A stretch of DNA of 64,000 bases, from NCBI RefSeq assembly GCF_006345805.1, contig NW_021833892.1, positions 62,001 to 126,000 on the forward strand, given 5' to 3'. The DNA comes from Octopus sinensis. Its lineage: Eukaryota. Within the stretch, counting starts at the first letter, position 1; each line of letters begins with the position of its first letter. Positions 1-12,908 of this stretch are shown in pieces. The notes under the pieces were generated by a model. The model saw only the letters and a program-made list of their open reading frames with translations. It did no database searches and was not told the DNA's origin. The translations under genes and the position numbers were made by a program.

Positions 1-1409
1 AAAAATATATCTATTAATATTGTCAAGAATATATTGATAGTATATTGGGGAAAGGTGACTTTTAGATTTTTTGTGAGTGTTTTTGCCCGCTAATTGAGGG
101 CAACGATTATAAATCTGAATATATCTGTTATTTGATTGAAAATCCGTCCACGTTTGATGGGTTGGACGTAGAAAGTTAATTTTAGACTTTTGCAGCTGAT
201 TTCAGTGGCCTTTGAACATGTGAATACTTCTGTCTTTGACATGGTAGAACAATTCCTTGGAATATTGCTAAATAAACGTTTTTATACTTTTTCAAAAGTT
301 TGTTGTTGTTTCGCTCAAAGACTCAAGGATGTGTCTTCTGTGAGTGGACTACGCGCTATTTTTGATGTCTTTGAATCCATTTTGAAGTTTCAGTGGCAAT
401 TTTTTTATTTAAAGTCCTGCCAAGGGGAATTCCGTACTGAATCGGTTCAAACATTGTTTATTCTCATTTTCCGAGTATTATTATATTTTGTAAATCTTAG
501 GCCTATGAGTCCTCGTTTTTGGAACCTGATATTGAACTTTGTCAGCGAAATGTTATATTTTTAAGAGATTTTATCAACAAAAACAAAATTTTTGAATTTG
601 TATTTTATTGTCTTAGAAAATGCTTAGAAATGCCTTAGAGATCAGTTTTTTGTGTCGTTGAGCGAAAGTTGTCTTTTTTTGATGAAATCTGCAAATTATT
701 CTATCATTGGTGAAGACGTGATATCGTTTTTGTTTGAAATTGCGTCTTTTGACTGGTTCCTATTCAACGAACGAGTTATGGAGGGATACGTCGACTTTAT
801 GAGGAGACAATTTACCTCAGCATTGTGTTGTCCTGTGGTTGATTTGGTTTGGAGTCCTTCTTGTAAAGTTAATTCTTGATTATGCGATATAATAGGACTT
901 TTCTTCGTTTTCAAAGACTATTGGTGAATTGTCCTCGGATATTTGTTTATATGAAGATCTGCTGTCGTCGCACAAGCTATGAATTTGTCGTTTTATAAAT
1001 TGGATATTTTTATGTCAATCTTTAATTCTTTATTAAATAAACTAATTAATCAACTTTACAAAACATGAGTGGCTTTTACTAAACGTGAAAATATTTTTTT
1101 AACACTTTTACTAAACTGTTTAATTGAGTACTGAGCGTTCGATGTAAACAAAGAAAGTTCTTCTTGCCTCTCATCTTTTTTTCTGGCTCTGCAAACTTTC
1201 AAGAAAGTGTAGTCGAGCGTCTGTTGCTGACTTAATGATGATCGAACGAGATGTCTTTAGAGTTGTTTTAAGAACATTAACCTTATCTAACTGCTAAAGT
1301 AATTCTCTTGGTATTATTAGTGATTAATCTTTCAATTTCATTACACTCCTTTCGAGGAGATTTTAATCTAGGCACATTTCCAGTTAGAGATTTTACTCGA
1401 TTTTGAAAC

Positions 1410-1475
1410 AATTTGATAATTGTGTTGCTCGATTTGTCGGAAACGAAAATGTCGGGCTTACTATTAGGGAAATTT
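1410..1475 (-). mobile_element. ~65-bp sliver of an RLE-type non-LTR retrotransposon
   Basis: Minus strand reads PNSKPDIFVSDKSSNTII (RLE PD motif); 22 nt are identical to the RLE fragment at ~12590-12615. Confidence 0.5.
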
Positions 1476-1477
1476 CT

Positions 1478-2170
1478 TAACTGGCCGACGCGGAAGGGTC
1501 CGTATTGACAATACTACTTCAAGATCAAGACTACTTCCCAATGGTGTCCCACAAGGCTCCCCTTTATCTCCTCTCCTTTTTAACATTACCTACCTATTAC
1601 TAATGACCCAGATATTATGTTCTTATCCTATGCGGACGACCTGATTATTGCTGCAAGAGATAAATCTCCTTCTGTGGCTGTTGCAATAGTCCAGTCACAC
1701 CTCAATTGTGTATGTGATTGGCTATCTGCAAACATGTTGTGTGTGTCTGCATCTAAATCCCAGTTCACATTTTTTTACTACTGATAGAAGATTCAAGGAT
1801 AGACTGGAACTATTCATTGGAGACAAACCTATTCCCTCTTCGAGTACCTAGAAGATCCTTGGCGTAGTTTTCGACTCCTTAATGACGTTCTCAAGTCACG
1901 TGGAGGAGGTTCTAGCTAAAGGTCTTTGGAAGTGGAACGTCTTGAAAGCGCGGTTAAAAAAGAGTCCCTTCCCCCTGGAAGATTGTGTCAGGAAAGTCTA
2001 CCAACAAGGATTGCCCAGACGGTTGAGTATGCCTGCTCAGCCTGGAAGTTTGCAATTGCTTGTTCAAAAGCGGAACGTTTGAACTCGCTCAGAAGGAAGA
2101 TTATGTTCCACACTGACACCTCAGTTGGCACCCTTGTTTCCGAGGAGGCGACGCGGAAGAATGGAATTTG
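1478..2170 (+). mobile_element. Degenerate APE-type LINE reverse transcriptase fragment (I/Jockey-like)
   Basis: Frameshifted FLTGRRGRVRID..GVPQGSPLSPLLFNI, LSYADDLII, ILGVVFDSLMTFSSHV. Confidence 0.8.
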
Positions 2171-2639
2171 TCCTAATTAATTAATTTAATGAATTAAAGA
2201 GGCTGATTCTTTATGGGCGAGAGGCTGACGCGATCGAGAAAGAGTTTTAGCGTACTATCGCGAGGGATATCCGCTCAAAAAACATCTCGATCAATTAACT
2301 AACTTAGGATTTTGTATATTCTGTTAGAACTTTTGAAAGAAAATATATGACCCAATTAAACTTTCATTTACATATGTGACGTCATGAATATATTTAATTC
2401 AATATAAAAGGAAATCATCCGCTTAAAGAAAATGTTCCTTATTCTATTTTCCTTTGCAACTGCGCTTAATAATGAAAGTTCTTTTAATTAAATGTATGTT
2501 TAAGAAATAGAAATCGCCTTTCACAAAACCAATGGTTTAAAAATGAGTGTTTCTATTACAATGTAAGTGATTTTAAATGATTTTAAAAGCAATCTCAATG
2601 AAGATAAAACTTATATTATTACTATGGACGAGATAAATA

Positions 2640-3230
2640 TCCCAATAGATTATGTAATTTATTTTTCTAAACTATATAATTAAAGAAATTCCAACCAGAT
2701 CTTCTAAACTATTTGGTATTCAAATTGTTTAATATTTCCGTGGATTTTTTTACTCGACAAATTAGATATGACAATGGAATAGGAGATGTTAACTATAATG
2801 GTTAAATTGTTGATTTAATAGATTATAGACTATGAGGATGATTTCAATAAAGCTTCTCCAATATTAAACAACATTTTAAAAATTATTCAAGTAAAAAAAG
2901 ACGATTCAAGAAATAAACGAAATGGGAATTTGAAATATCCCCAAGAAAGAGAAAAAAGACAAGTATTAAATTTTAATAAGAATGTATAGTTCTACAATAT
3001 TGGAATTGAACAATTAACACAATGTTTTAATCACATTGGAATAATTAATTTTTAGTTATCATAAAGATTAAGAGATCAGAAAAAAATCGGAGATTATTTG
3101 ATTTGGAATTGTATTAACGCATTTACAACTAATCATTAGAAAAGACGACATGCAACTTGAAACCGTCTATTCTAAAGAATATTAAATAAGTTGATTCCAG
3201 AAGGAGTGGTGATTTTGTTAATACATTTTA
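2640..3230 (+). mobile_element. Possible highly decayed hAT transposase remnant
   Basis: Scattered weak resemblance across frames (KRRFKK, QLETVYS); many stops; no TIR found. Confidence 0.2.
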
Positions 3231-3797
3231 GTATGAAATTTCACCAAAAAATATATATTATTTATTAAAATTGGCACAATTTCCAGACAATGCAACTGGA
3301 ATGTCAGACCTAAGACTTAGCGCCGAGTTTATTTTATTTATGAGCCTATATTAGATCTCTAAATGAAACCATCCTGACATTAGCTTCATGTTATGGGAAA
3401 TCTTTACCACTATTCGCACAAATTTTTTTTCTTGATGGCATAGAAAAAATGCCAAAATTCGAGATGATAAAAAAAAATATTGAAAATTGCAATAATTTAA
3501 CGACTAATAACCAAAAACCAAAAAATATCCCCAGAGGAATATTCCATTTAATGATGGGAATTGGTTTCTTGATCCGATATTTAATGTAGTTACATTTTCT
3601 AACGTTACTAACACAATTTTTCGAATATAATAAGATTTTAGTTATAGTTCTTAATCCCGAAAGTTAAACTAGACATCAACAATAAAAAACTCTCTGGATC
3701 AATTTTTAACCAAAAAACGGGAATTCTCAATTAAAAAATTGTAACTATTTCAAAATCACTAAACAAAGTAAGAAAAAACATATTAGTACAAAATAAA

Positions 3798-5889
3798 CTA
3801 TTTACTGGTCACATCTTCTTCCACTTGTATGTCCTTCAACTCATTTTCCCTTTGAGTAAGTCTAAGCATATCAGATATCTGTTCACTGCTCAATGCAAAG
3901 TCAGGATTACCAATTGCCTCAAAAACCTAGAAAATACAAAAATGAATAAATACCCTCAAAATTCTCTCCACGTCAATTTTTCCATCACGATCGTCGTCGA
4001 TGGTCCCCAAAATCAGTCTTAACTTTTCCTTCTTTCCTGCAGAGTCATTCAAATGGTCCAAAACTTCGTCAATGCTCACCAACTGCTGCCTAAACAACTC
4101 ATTGGCTATAAAAACATGCGAAGATCTCCACTCTCGGGTTGGGGAGTGGAGGAAGACATTTTTTCAATCATCTTTGCCAGTCGGCCTCGCAATAGTTTGG
4201 AAGCCCTGGTCTCACTCAAAGGTACGTTTTTTAAATCAGACAGTCTTTCTAACTCTTCCATGTTCTAAACATATGGTAAAAACACACCTGTTGATATTCA
4301 GTGATCCCATCCTGCAATTCACGGAATTCTCTGGAGGACAAACTCAGATTACGGTGGTCGACTGCCTGAATTAGGAGGTTCTCAATCGTTTCCAAGTCAT
4401 CACATTGAACGTTGACATGATCCACGTTATTTTCATCAGGGAGTGCGGATATGTCCGGACTCTTCTCACTGTGGTCGTCCTTAATGGCCTCTTCTTCGTT
4501 GAGAACAACAACAAGTCTGTCCGTGTTGGAAATAACCTCTCCACTCTCCTCTGCCAATCTCAACTTGACATCCTCCTCCTATCAATCCAGAAATATCTAT
4601 AAACCGTGTCTTGGTCAAGGGAAAGAATTGTTTTCTTCAATTTCTCTTCAACAGGTAAATTTGGAGGAACGTAGAGCGCACTCGACAACAACATGAGAGA
4701 AGCAGGGACTTGGTGGTCAATATGGAGGTCCAGCCACTGTTGGAGTTGTTGTTTGAGTCGTTCTTCCCTCAGTCCAAACACTCGCATTCCTCTGGCTTTA
4801 CAAGCGGAGACCAATTCTGCTGAAGTGAGACTTTCTACTCCTTCTAATTGGATCATCTGAATTGGTCAGTTGGGAGTACTTTGTCGTCGGCTTTCAGCAT
4901 TCGGAGCTTAATGCCCAGTCGGAATCGGAGGAGTGGGACAGTCGAGGTTGGATTGATGAGGGTCGACATGTCCAAAAGACGACAAATTGCTATCAGCTGG
5001 TCCCTGTTTAGTCCATCCATCGTCAGGTCGTCTTCAAATAATTTACAAAATTTCAAAATTTGAGATGTCTCTGGCATTTCAGCATTGTTGCGGATCTAAT
5101 TTAATTAATTATTTAAATATTAATATTTACTGTTTTCATAAATTGAACAAATTCTTCTACACTGGATGTTCTTGTGGTGTCATTTTTCTTGATTACTGTT
5201 ACTGATTCTTCGAGCGTATTTTGTAAGAATTTTGCCATTTCTAGCTTAACTTTAAGCCTTTTCCGAGCCATTTCCTGTTCTTTGGTCTCATTTTTGAAAG
5301 TGCTAGGCAGCATATTGGGAAACAATTTTATAAAGACCGGCATCAGCAACTCCAAAAAGGGTATCAAAATAATAATAAACAACGGGACCATTCGAATCAA
5401 ATCAGCAGTGGTCCTTACTAACTGAAAATTAATGTCAATCTATGCCTGTTTTCTCTCTCTTCTAGTCAGGAAATGCCCACGTAACATTCTTGTCAAAAGA
5501 CGAACCGATATTTTCAGTTCTATCGCGAAAAGGCGGAATCCGTCGTAGTAATGTTTCACTTCCTTCACAAAGCGGTCTTTAAGAGACGGTTTTTGAGTCT
5601 TTCCGACGTCTGTGTGTTTCGGGGATGAGTCTAACGTGGGTTTTTGAGGGTCTGAGAGTTGATTTTCTTCGAGTTTTTTGATTACTTTGTCCAATTTTGA
5701 GTTTGTGTTTAAATTTCTGTTTGGTGTGATTAGAAAAATTGCATTTTTTGTGATTTGTGGAGAATTATGGTAGGTTGGTAAAATATTTATTATATTTTGC
5801 TTATATAAATTACTGTAATTATATCTAACGTGATAAATCAGTAAAGAATTCTACTTTTTGATTAAATGAGGAACTCTTTGAATTAACAT
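3798..5889 (-). CDS. LETM1: LETM1 mitochondrial inner-membrane protein with EF-hand, multi-exon
   Basis: Spliced KHYYDGFRLFAIELKISVRLL..RRERKQ|LVRTTADLIRMVPLF..KLFPNMLPSTF..KLEMAKFLQNTLEE; ELVSACKARGM; EF-hand DDDRDGKID. ATG 5889 and TAG 3798-3800 inferred. Confidence 0.93.
5422..5445 (-). other. 24-nt GC-AG intron in LETM1
   Basis: CAG|gcatagattgacattaattttcag|TTA; removal deletes an in-frame TAG and restores RRERKQLVRTTADL; no GT donor nearby. Confidence 0.8.
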
Positions 5890-6014
5890 ATGACGTACAA
5901 ATCAAGGCCAGCACTTAAATTAATTATTTAAACATAAAATTGATTTTTATTATTAAAATTAATATTGTATTTAAAATATTATTATAAGAAAGTATAAACT
6001 GATAGATTATCTAA

Positions 6015-6760
6015 TTAAAGGCAGGTTCTCGGGCACTTCTACCGTACTTCATACCAACACAGCTCGGAGTTTGTATCCGAGGAGGCGTGGAGGCCGGGGT
6101 CCACGGTCTACGTGAGTTTGTTAACTCTTCCACGGATTCCTGACGAATTTCGGCCAAGATCGATTTAAAGAATGAATTCAATTTTGTTAGAAGAGACTGT
6201 ATCCTTGAAGCCTGCGCCAAAGAAATTCCGTACATCCTACCGATTGTCAACTTGACATACTCCAAGCCTTCCGCGCTTATATTCGGGACAACCATACTTG
6301 ACTCTGCCAATGGAGTTCAACAAGGTGACTCTCTAGGACCTCTCTTATTCTCCCTCGCAATCCACCAAACAACGAGATTGTGTAAAACTGACCTTAACAT
6401 GTGGTATTTGGATGATTAGAGGAACCCCCGAAGACATCTTGGAAACAATGAAGTCGCTTTTGTTTAATTTCAGAGCACTGGGGCTTTAATTCAACTGCGG
6501 CAAATGTGAAATTGTGAATGTCAACACGGACGAACTTTCCTTTCGGAAGTGGATGACTGAATTCGACAAACTGCTACCCAGATGTACCTTCCCCCTCAAA
6601 GAAGACTTGATTTTTCTTGGATCTCCTATTTTTGAAAGTTGTATCAAAGCTGTTATGAAGGCTAAAATATCGGAATTTTCTTTTCTCTCTGAAAAATTAC
6701 GTTTTGTGGATAGCCACATTGGGCTCTTTTTATTGAGGAACTGTCTATCTATTCCAAAGA
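6015..6760 (+). mobile_element. CRE-clade non-LTR retrotransposon RT fragment
   Basis: QLGVCIRGGVEAGVH..KIDLKNEFN..GVQQGDSLGPLLF..WYLDD..LGSPI..SHIGLFLLRNCLSIPK, with stops and frameshifts. Confidence 0.85.
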
Positions 6761-7449
6761 AAAATGTTAGCTGCCGTCGCCGTCAATGCTTCTATACAAC
6801 GCCGGTACTAGGGAATCTACAAAAAAATCATTTATGTCGTTGGATTTTTTCTATAAAAACCAGTTAAGAAGAATCGTTGATATATGTTGGCCACATAGAT
6901 AAATTTAATGAGTCTTTACGAGATGTGCAGTTCGCGACCTATAAGAAACGATGTGCTGAAAACCCGACGATTTTATTCGTCCCTTCATTTTTGTATCGCC
7001 CCTTTATTTCGTAATATTACTAAGTAATTATTAGAAATTTCAACTCACCCTATCAAGTATGAGGGCATCATGGTCGCTAGAGACATAATCAATTATTAAT
7101 TGCATTACATAATTCGAAATAATTTTCTCTCTGTTTGGATTTAAATTGTTAATTAACAATCAATAAAGTTTCAACAAGAAAACTTCTAGTCTATTACAAA
7201 AAAACATCATTCTTTTTTAACAAAAAAATCCCAAAGTCTTCTCAACAAACTGGAAAGTCAAAAAATCCAAAAGAGACCTTTCACCTTTTTACGCCTAAGA
7301 ACAACCAAGCGACCCTAAATGCGCTTTCATTGTTCAAAATGTAAGAGTCGGGTTACCAGACGTCTCATTGGCTGCGAGAGCAGTCCAGACAGAGCACAGG
7401 ACCTATTAGACGAGGCGCTAGATCTTCATCGTTCGTTTATCAGTTAGGG

Positions 7450-10444
7450 CAGGGGTCGGCAAATACTTTTGGAGAAGAGCCAATTTTGAACATTTTTAGA
7501 AATTTCGAAAAATTGAAGAGCCACCTTTTATCACTTGTCAAAAATTTAAATTCATAAAATTAAATAGACATTATTTTAAAAAATAATTAAAAATTCATTT
7601 TAAAAAATTAAATTAATTAGACGCATGGATTCAATTGGGCTATCATTAAGAAAGAAAAAAGTAAGCAATTGGGTGGCTAAGGGGATTGTCGAGAGCCTGA
7701 GGGTCAGCTCAACGATGCCGCGCTGCGTATTGAGTGGCAGTTTCCGCGGAGCACAGCGACCGAGATTCGCTGGAACAGCCAGCTCGTCTCCCTCCGGTCG
7801 TTTGTTTTTGTGGAGATTTTTCTACCAATGGCGGTGAGGAGTTGAGTCGCAGCCTTTCCGACGATTCCAGAGGTTTCGAAGGCGAGGGGGGCAAACTCAA
7901 AAGCGTCCGAAATACACCGGTATTTCGTCATCTTTGTCTCTTCAGCCAGCGCACTGGCGGAACCCGGGTTTGCGACAGTCCTGGGAAGCATTGTCGTCGA
8001 AAAAGAGTCGACACACGTGGCATCCCAAACCAGGGACTTGCCTTCCCTAAAAGGAAAGGTCGTCATCCCGTCGGGACGCTTGCCGTCGCTCCGGGAAAGG
8101 CCGACTGGCTCTAGGGTGGAAGGGAAACCAGCCGACTGAATTTTTTTCTTTTTTTTCAAATAATATCACTTCCTCATACATGAAAAAAGCAATATTTCCA
8201 CTCCGTTGCAATTTTGAATTAAATTTGTTTAATTCTGATGTTATGTCAACCATAAAATAGAATTTCTGCAGCCATTGGTCATCACTTAATTCGTCATAAT
8301 GAATTTTTTTCTCATTTAAAAAAAGTTTGACTTCTTGCATACAAGAAGCAAACCGATTGAGAACGTTCCCTCTCGAAAGCCAACGAACTTTGTTGTATTG
8401 AAGTAGATCAATATACTCGTTGTTGGTTTCGTTTAACAACTCTTTAAATAGCCGATGATTAAGTCCCTTAAATATATAACAAGATCTTCACCACGGGTTT
8501 GACCCTTTAGAGGCAATAATGCCATTAGACGCATTAATGAGAAATGTGATTCCTCATTTCTTTGGAGAGTTGGTTAATGTCTGGGTCGTAAGTCGTTAAT
8601 TTTAATCTGAGGTTAGATTCCAAATTCGAATCTGTAATTTTGTTTCTTAATTTCGATTTTATATAATTCATATGAGAAAAACTTTGTTCACACATAAAAG
8701 TGGACCCGAATATTGTCAAAATTCCGTATGCAAATTTTTTTAATTCATAAAAAGAATCTGGAAGAGAATTCCAAGTTTCGAGAATCACATCTTCAAGTTT
8801 CTTTTGTATAACATTAATATCATTCTTAATTTTACCAGACAATGTTTCTGTTCCAAGATTTCAAGTAATTCTGAAAGGCGAATAAACTTTGATGCCCATA
8901 ATTCCTTACATGTCAAGTCCAATAGCTGCATTTTGAACTCAGCTGCGTTGACAAATGGCAATCAATTTAAATTGCTAACTTTAGCACGTAGAGGGTTTAT
9001 AACGAACGATAGTGTTGCTTTTTCTTTTCTAAAATCCTTAAACCTTTATATTTAAACATTCATTTTTAACCTGTCATTGAAAGATTCCTTCATGTACAAA
9101 AGAGCATTTTTAAAATAAGTTTTATTTATAGTTCGATCATTTTCTTTCAAATATTGGCGTAATTTAGGAAAATGTAAAATATTTTGTTCTATATCCTCTT
9201 CAAACAAAATTAATTTTTTTTCAAATAATATCACTTCCTCATACATGAAAAAAGCAATATTTCCACTCCGTTGCAATTTTGAATTAAATTTGTTTAATTC
9301 TGATGTTATGTCAACCATAAAATAGAATTTCTGCAGCCATTAGTCATCACTTAATTCGTCATAATGAATTTTTTTCTCATTTAAAAAAAGTTTGACTTCT
9401 TGCATACAAGAAGCAAACCGATTGAGAACGTTCCCTCTCGAAAGCCAACGAACTTTGTTGTATTGAAGTAGATCAATATACTCGTTGTTGGTTTCGTTTA
9501 ACAACTCTTTAAATAGCCGATGATTAAGTCCCTTAATATATAACAAGATCTTCACCACGGGTTTGACCCTTTAGAGGCAATAATGCCAAAAGTTCTTGCC
9601 TCAGGAAACCTCGAGACACATAACGAACAAACAGAGACACCTAAGTATGACATGAACAATGATACTTGTGCAATGTCATTTATATCACATGATTCATCTA
9701 TTGCTATTGAAATTGAATTAGACAATTTCATGTCAGAAACTTGTTGAACAGATACATTCGAAGACATCTTAAAAGTCCTGTCGGCTACTATTTTCGCAGA
9801 TAAAGGTATATTCATTATCTTATTCACGATTTCTGCCTTATTTGAAAAATCGTGAAAAAGTTCTTCAGAGGTTTTAATGAAACATGCCTTTATAAATTCC
9901 CCATCGGTAAATGGTTTTCCCTTTTTGCGATCTCGTGGCTTATCACAAAATTTGCAATATTTGCAGTCCTGGCATTGTCAGACCAACATTTAAAAGCAGA
10001 ATTCTCGAATTGAATATTTTTTGTAAGTTCTTCTACAGCTTTCTTTCGGGAATCACCAATTGGATATTTTTTGGCGAAATTTGAGTGTTTTGTGTTAAAG
10101 TGTCTCTCTAAATTTTACTTTTTATTTTGATTCAATGTTTCCTGGCAAATGAGACATTTCGGTAGTTGTTCGGAATTAGACGTGAATGCAAAAGTTGCAG
10201 TCCATTTTGATTGAAAATTTCGCGCATTATCGATTTTTTTAATAATTTTTTTCTTGCTAGGCATATATCGATGTACAACAAAAAATTAATGTTAAACGTG
10301 CAAAAATTTTTTGTTATTAACAAAACAAAAAAAATAGTTAAAAATTGAAATCATTTATAAAAAAAATAGTTAAAAATTGAAAGAGCCTACCGTAAGAGTT
10401 AAAGAGCCTTCAAAGGCTCGCGAGCCTGCTTTTGCCGACCCCTG
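7450..10444 (-). mobile_element. hAT DNA transposon (SPIN/GTF2IRD2-like), internally deleted
   Basis: TIRs CAGGGGTCGGCAAA / TTTGCCGACCCCTG; 8-bp TSD AGTTAGGG (7442-7449, 10445-10452); motifs KPFTDGEFIK, SIAIDESCDINDIAQ, VRWLSRG, FGSTFMCEQSFS; stop 8534. Confidence 0.95.
7627..8523 (-). mobile_element. Chimeric insertion: CRE 3' end fused to a copy of hAT transposase sequence
   Basis: 11-bp TSD ATTAGACGCAT (7616-7626, 8524-8534); 7627-~8140 encodes the CRE RLE (LEPVGLSRSDGKRPDG..LVWDATC..RISVAVLRGN); 8149-8523 duplicates 9214-9587. Confidence 0.85.
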
Positions 10445-11194
10445 AGTTAGGGGACACAGCCCAGAAGATCCGTGAATCATAGCTTATATTGACTTGTGGA
10501 ATTGTAACGTTTGAATTTAAAATTCATTTGCCTTTTATTTGTTGAGGCTCATTCTTGAATACGCGACCAACTACAGCATTCACTGTTTAAAAAAACAAAG
10601 CTGACTCGACATAGAAAACACTCTGGTTTTTCGATTATTCTCTGTCATGTATGTTCGGAACACTTTTAAGAAGTCTATTGTAGATCCACTGACTTTCAGA
10701 GCACTTACAATCTATGAGTTTCATGGACTTAGAAAAACTCAGGCTTTATAAAAAATAGCTTAATTTCCAAATTTAAAAAACAGTAATCAAAAAAATTAGT
10801 CATAATAGTTATAGAGGATTAATTGTTCTTCATGATCATTGGAAAATTGCTGAAATAATTGGTCCAAAGACCTCTCTTCCGCAAAACAATATAGATCTTC
10901 AATCTCGTAAAAATCCTCATTTTCTATAGCCACAATCGGTTCCATTTTTTGATTCGGTTAGATTTTAACCCGTCCCGATACAGTATTTATACTTGCTAAT
11001 TAGTGAAAATTAAGTTCGCTGTTAAATTTCTTTTCCAATACTTCCTTTTTTTATCTTATAAACAATATTTTGTAATTTAGCAATTAATGAAAACTTTTTT
11101 TATTTACGACCTCCAATTTTTATTAATCCTAATTTTTCACTGATTGGGACTGATTTTAATATTCAAGATCAAATATTTTTATAATGGTGCATTG

Positions 11195-11400
11195 CTTTTG
11201 GGCAATTGCCGTCGAGACTTCCTGTGTTTTTGGGGCCAAGACGCTTGCTCATCTTAAAAAGCTTGGCCGTCTGTGGACCTATGGCTTCAGAGATCCCAGG
11301 AAATTTATATTCCTTATTCAGAGGATCTCGCTGGCTGTTTTACGCGGGAATTGTCTTTCAATCCTTCAAGCCAGTACTTAATAGCTAGGTTTTTTTAACA
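11195..11400 (+). mobile_element. 5'-truncated CRE 3' end
   Basis: AIAVETSCVFG..RDPRKFIFLIQRISLAVLRGNCLSIL*. Confidence 0.8.
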
Positions 11401-12479
11401 ATTTCCTTGGGTTTAAATAAATAATTGTAAGTTTTTTTTAATTAACATGTCGAAATATATTTGAGTTTATAATATATTTGGAAAAAAAAGTTTATAATCT
11501 GGGAGAAAGATTTGAGTAATTATCGTTCGAAAGTTAATATTGATTATAGAAAAATTGTTGTTATTCTGGAATCATAATTATGTTCTCCTTTTTAATTATG
11601 TAATTTGACCAGACAATAACTACATTTGATTTTAATAATTTCTAAAAACTCTTTTATCATTGAAGATATTGAAATTAAAAAATGCTTTTTTGAGTCGACA
11701 GGTTACAGCGATCAAAAAATTTATTAAATAGTTAATTAAATGACAATATTCATAGTACTCACAAAGATAAAGCTCACATACATCATTTCGGTCCTCCTCA
11801 ATGATTCTGAAAACATTCGTATGTGTGCATCCCAACAATTATCGCCTAATTCAAACACCAAAGGAGATACTTTTCAGGGTTTTTTGAGGGCAGATAGTGC
11901 ACATAAAACTCTATGCGTTGTATACACTAAATTCGGAATTATCCTGCTTTAAGACTAAACATATCAATATTAATTTCAATCTGATTATATCGTATATTTA
12001 CCAAAAATGTAATTTAACGCCGGTCTCTCGTGGGGAAGTCTCAATAGCGCAGGAAAGGGGTATGCAGTGGTGTATGCACTGTGCCCGTGTCAAATTTCCG
12101 GTAAACCTACGGGTTTAAGGAATTATGTTGACATTTCTTTCATATTTTAAGCTGGATGTTTGTAATATTTTTAATAGTATTTTGTAGCACCATCTTTTCT
12201 ACGAAATCACGCTGGCAGGTATAAGTTGGCAAATACTTTCTGGTTTCTCGACTTTCTTGTAATATTCCAAGAATATACACTTAACTGCCGATCCAGTTTA
12301 TTGTGAGCTTCAAAAAACGTGGATCAAAGAACAAAAAGCCATTTGATGTCAACTCACGGAGAATCAAGCCATTTCCATGCTTTTTTATAGGATTGATTTC
12401 TATGAACGTTTTCAAAAATTATGAACAGATTATACATACTGTCACCGTCGGTGACACATACTATCCCTCTTAACAAAAC

Positions 12480-12640
12480 ATCGCCCGGTGGATCGCTCCC
12501 AGTTGATTTGCCAACAAGTCGTATTTGTGAAATTTTTCCACTTCGACCTGCTTGAGACAATTCTGTGAAGTGATTCCCACCTCGATAGGCGTAATTGTGT
12601 TGCTCGATTTGTCATGAACGAATATCCTGAATTGAGAAAC
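12480..12640 (-). mobile_element. RLE retrotransposon fragment (same type as 42930-43800)
   Basis: IFVHDKSSNTITPIEVGITSQNCLKQVEVEKFHKYDLLANQL. Confidence 0.8.
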
Positions 12641-12908
12641 AAGTTTTTTTCAGAATCACCCATAAAATGTGTTATGATCACTGATACAGTATTATTGTAG
12701 TTATTTGCCATGTAGAAATGCTTGTATGCATTTCTTAATGTAAACTAACTAATTATTTTAATATGTAACACTGTCGGCCGGAAGTATTTCGATGATTTGA
12801 TCCGAGAAATAGGTGTTGGCATACAAAAACCACTTATCCTCGAACATTCGCCACCCAGTCAGGTAACCCCCGTGATATTCCATTGGGATTGAGCATATAC
12901 TTCTAGAG

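Noticed and set aside
1-1330. Minus-strand frames as a LINE N-terminus
   Set aside because: No diagnostic motif; many stops
7442-7449. hAT TSD AGTTAGGG contains the telomeric hexamer
   Set aside because: Single hexamer; the other hAT TSD (TCTTACAC) lacks it
8047-8439. hAT-CRE fusion ORF as a new protein
   Set aside because: After the junction it reads CRE out of frame; a by-product of the chimera
11780-12360. Possible Mutator-like transposase scraps
   Set aside because: Only a few residues of resemblance; no TIR or TSD
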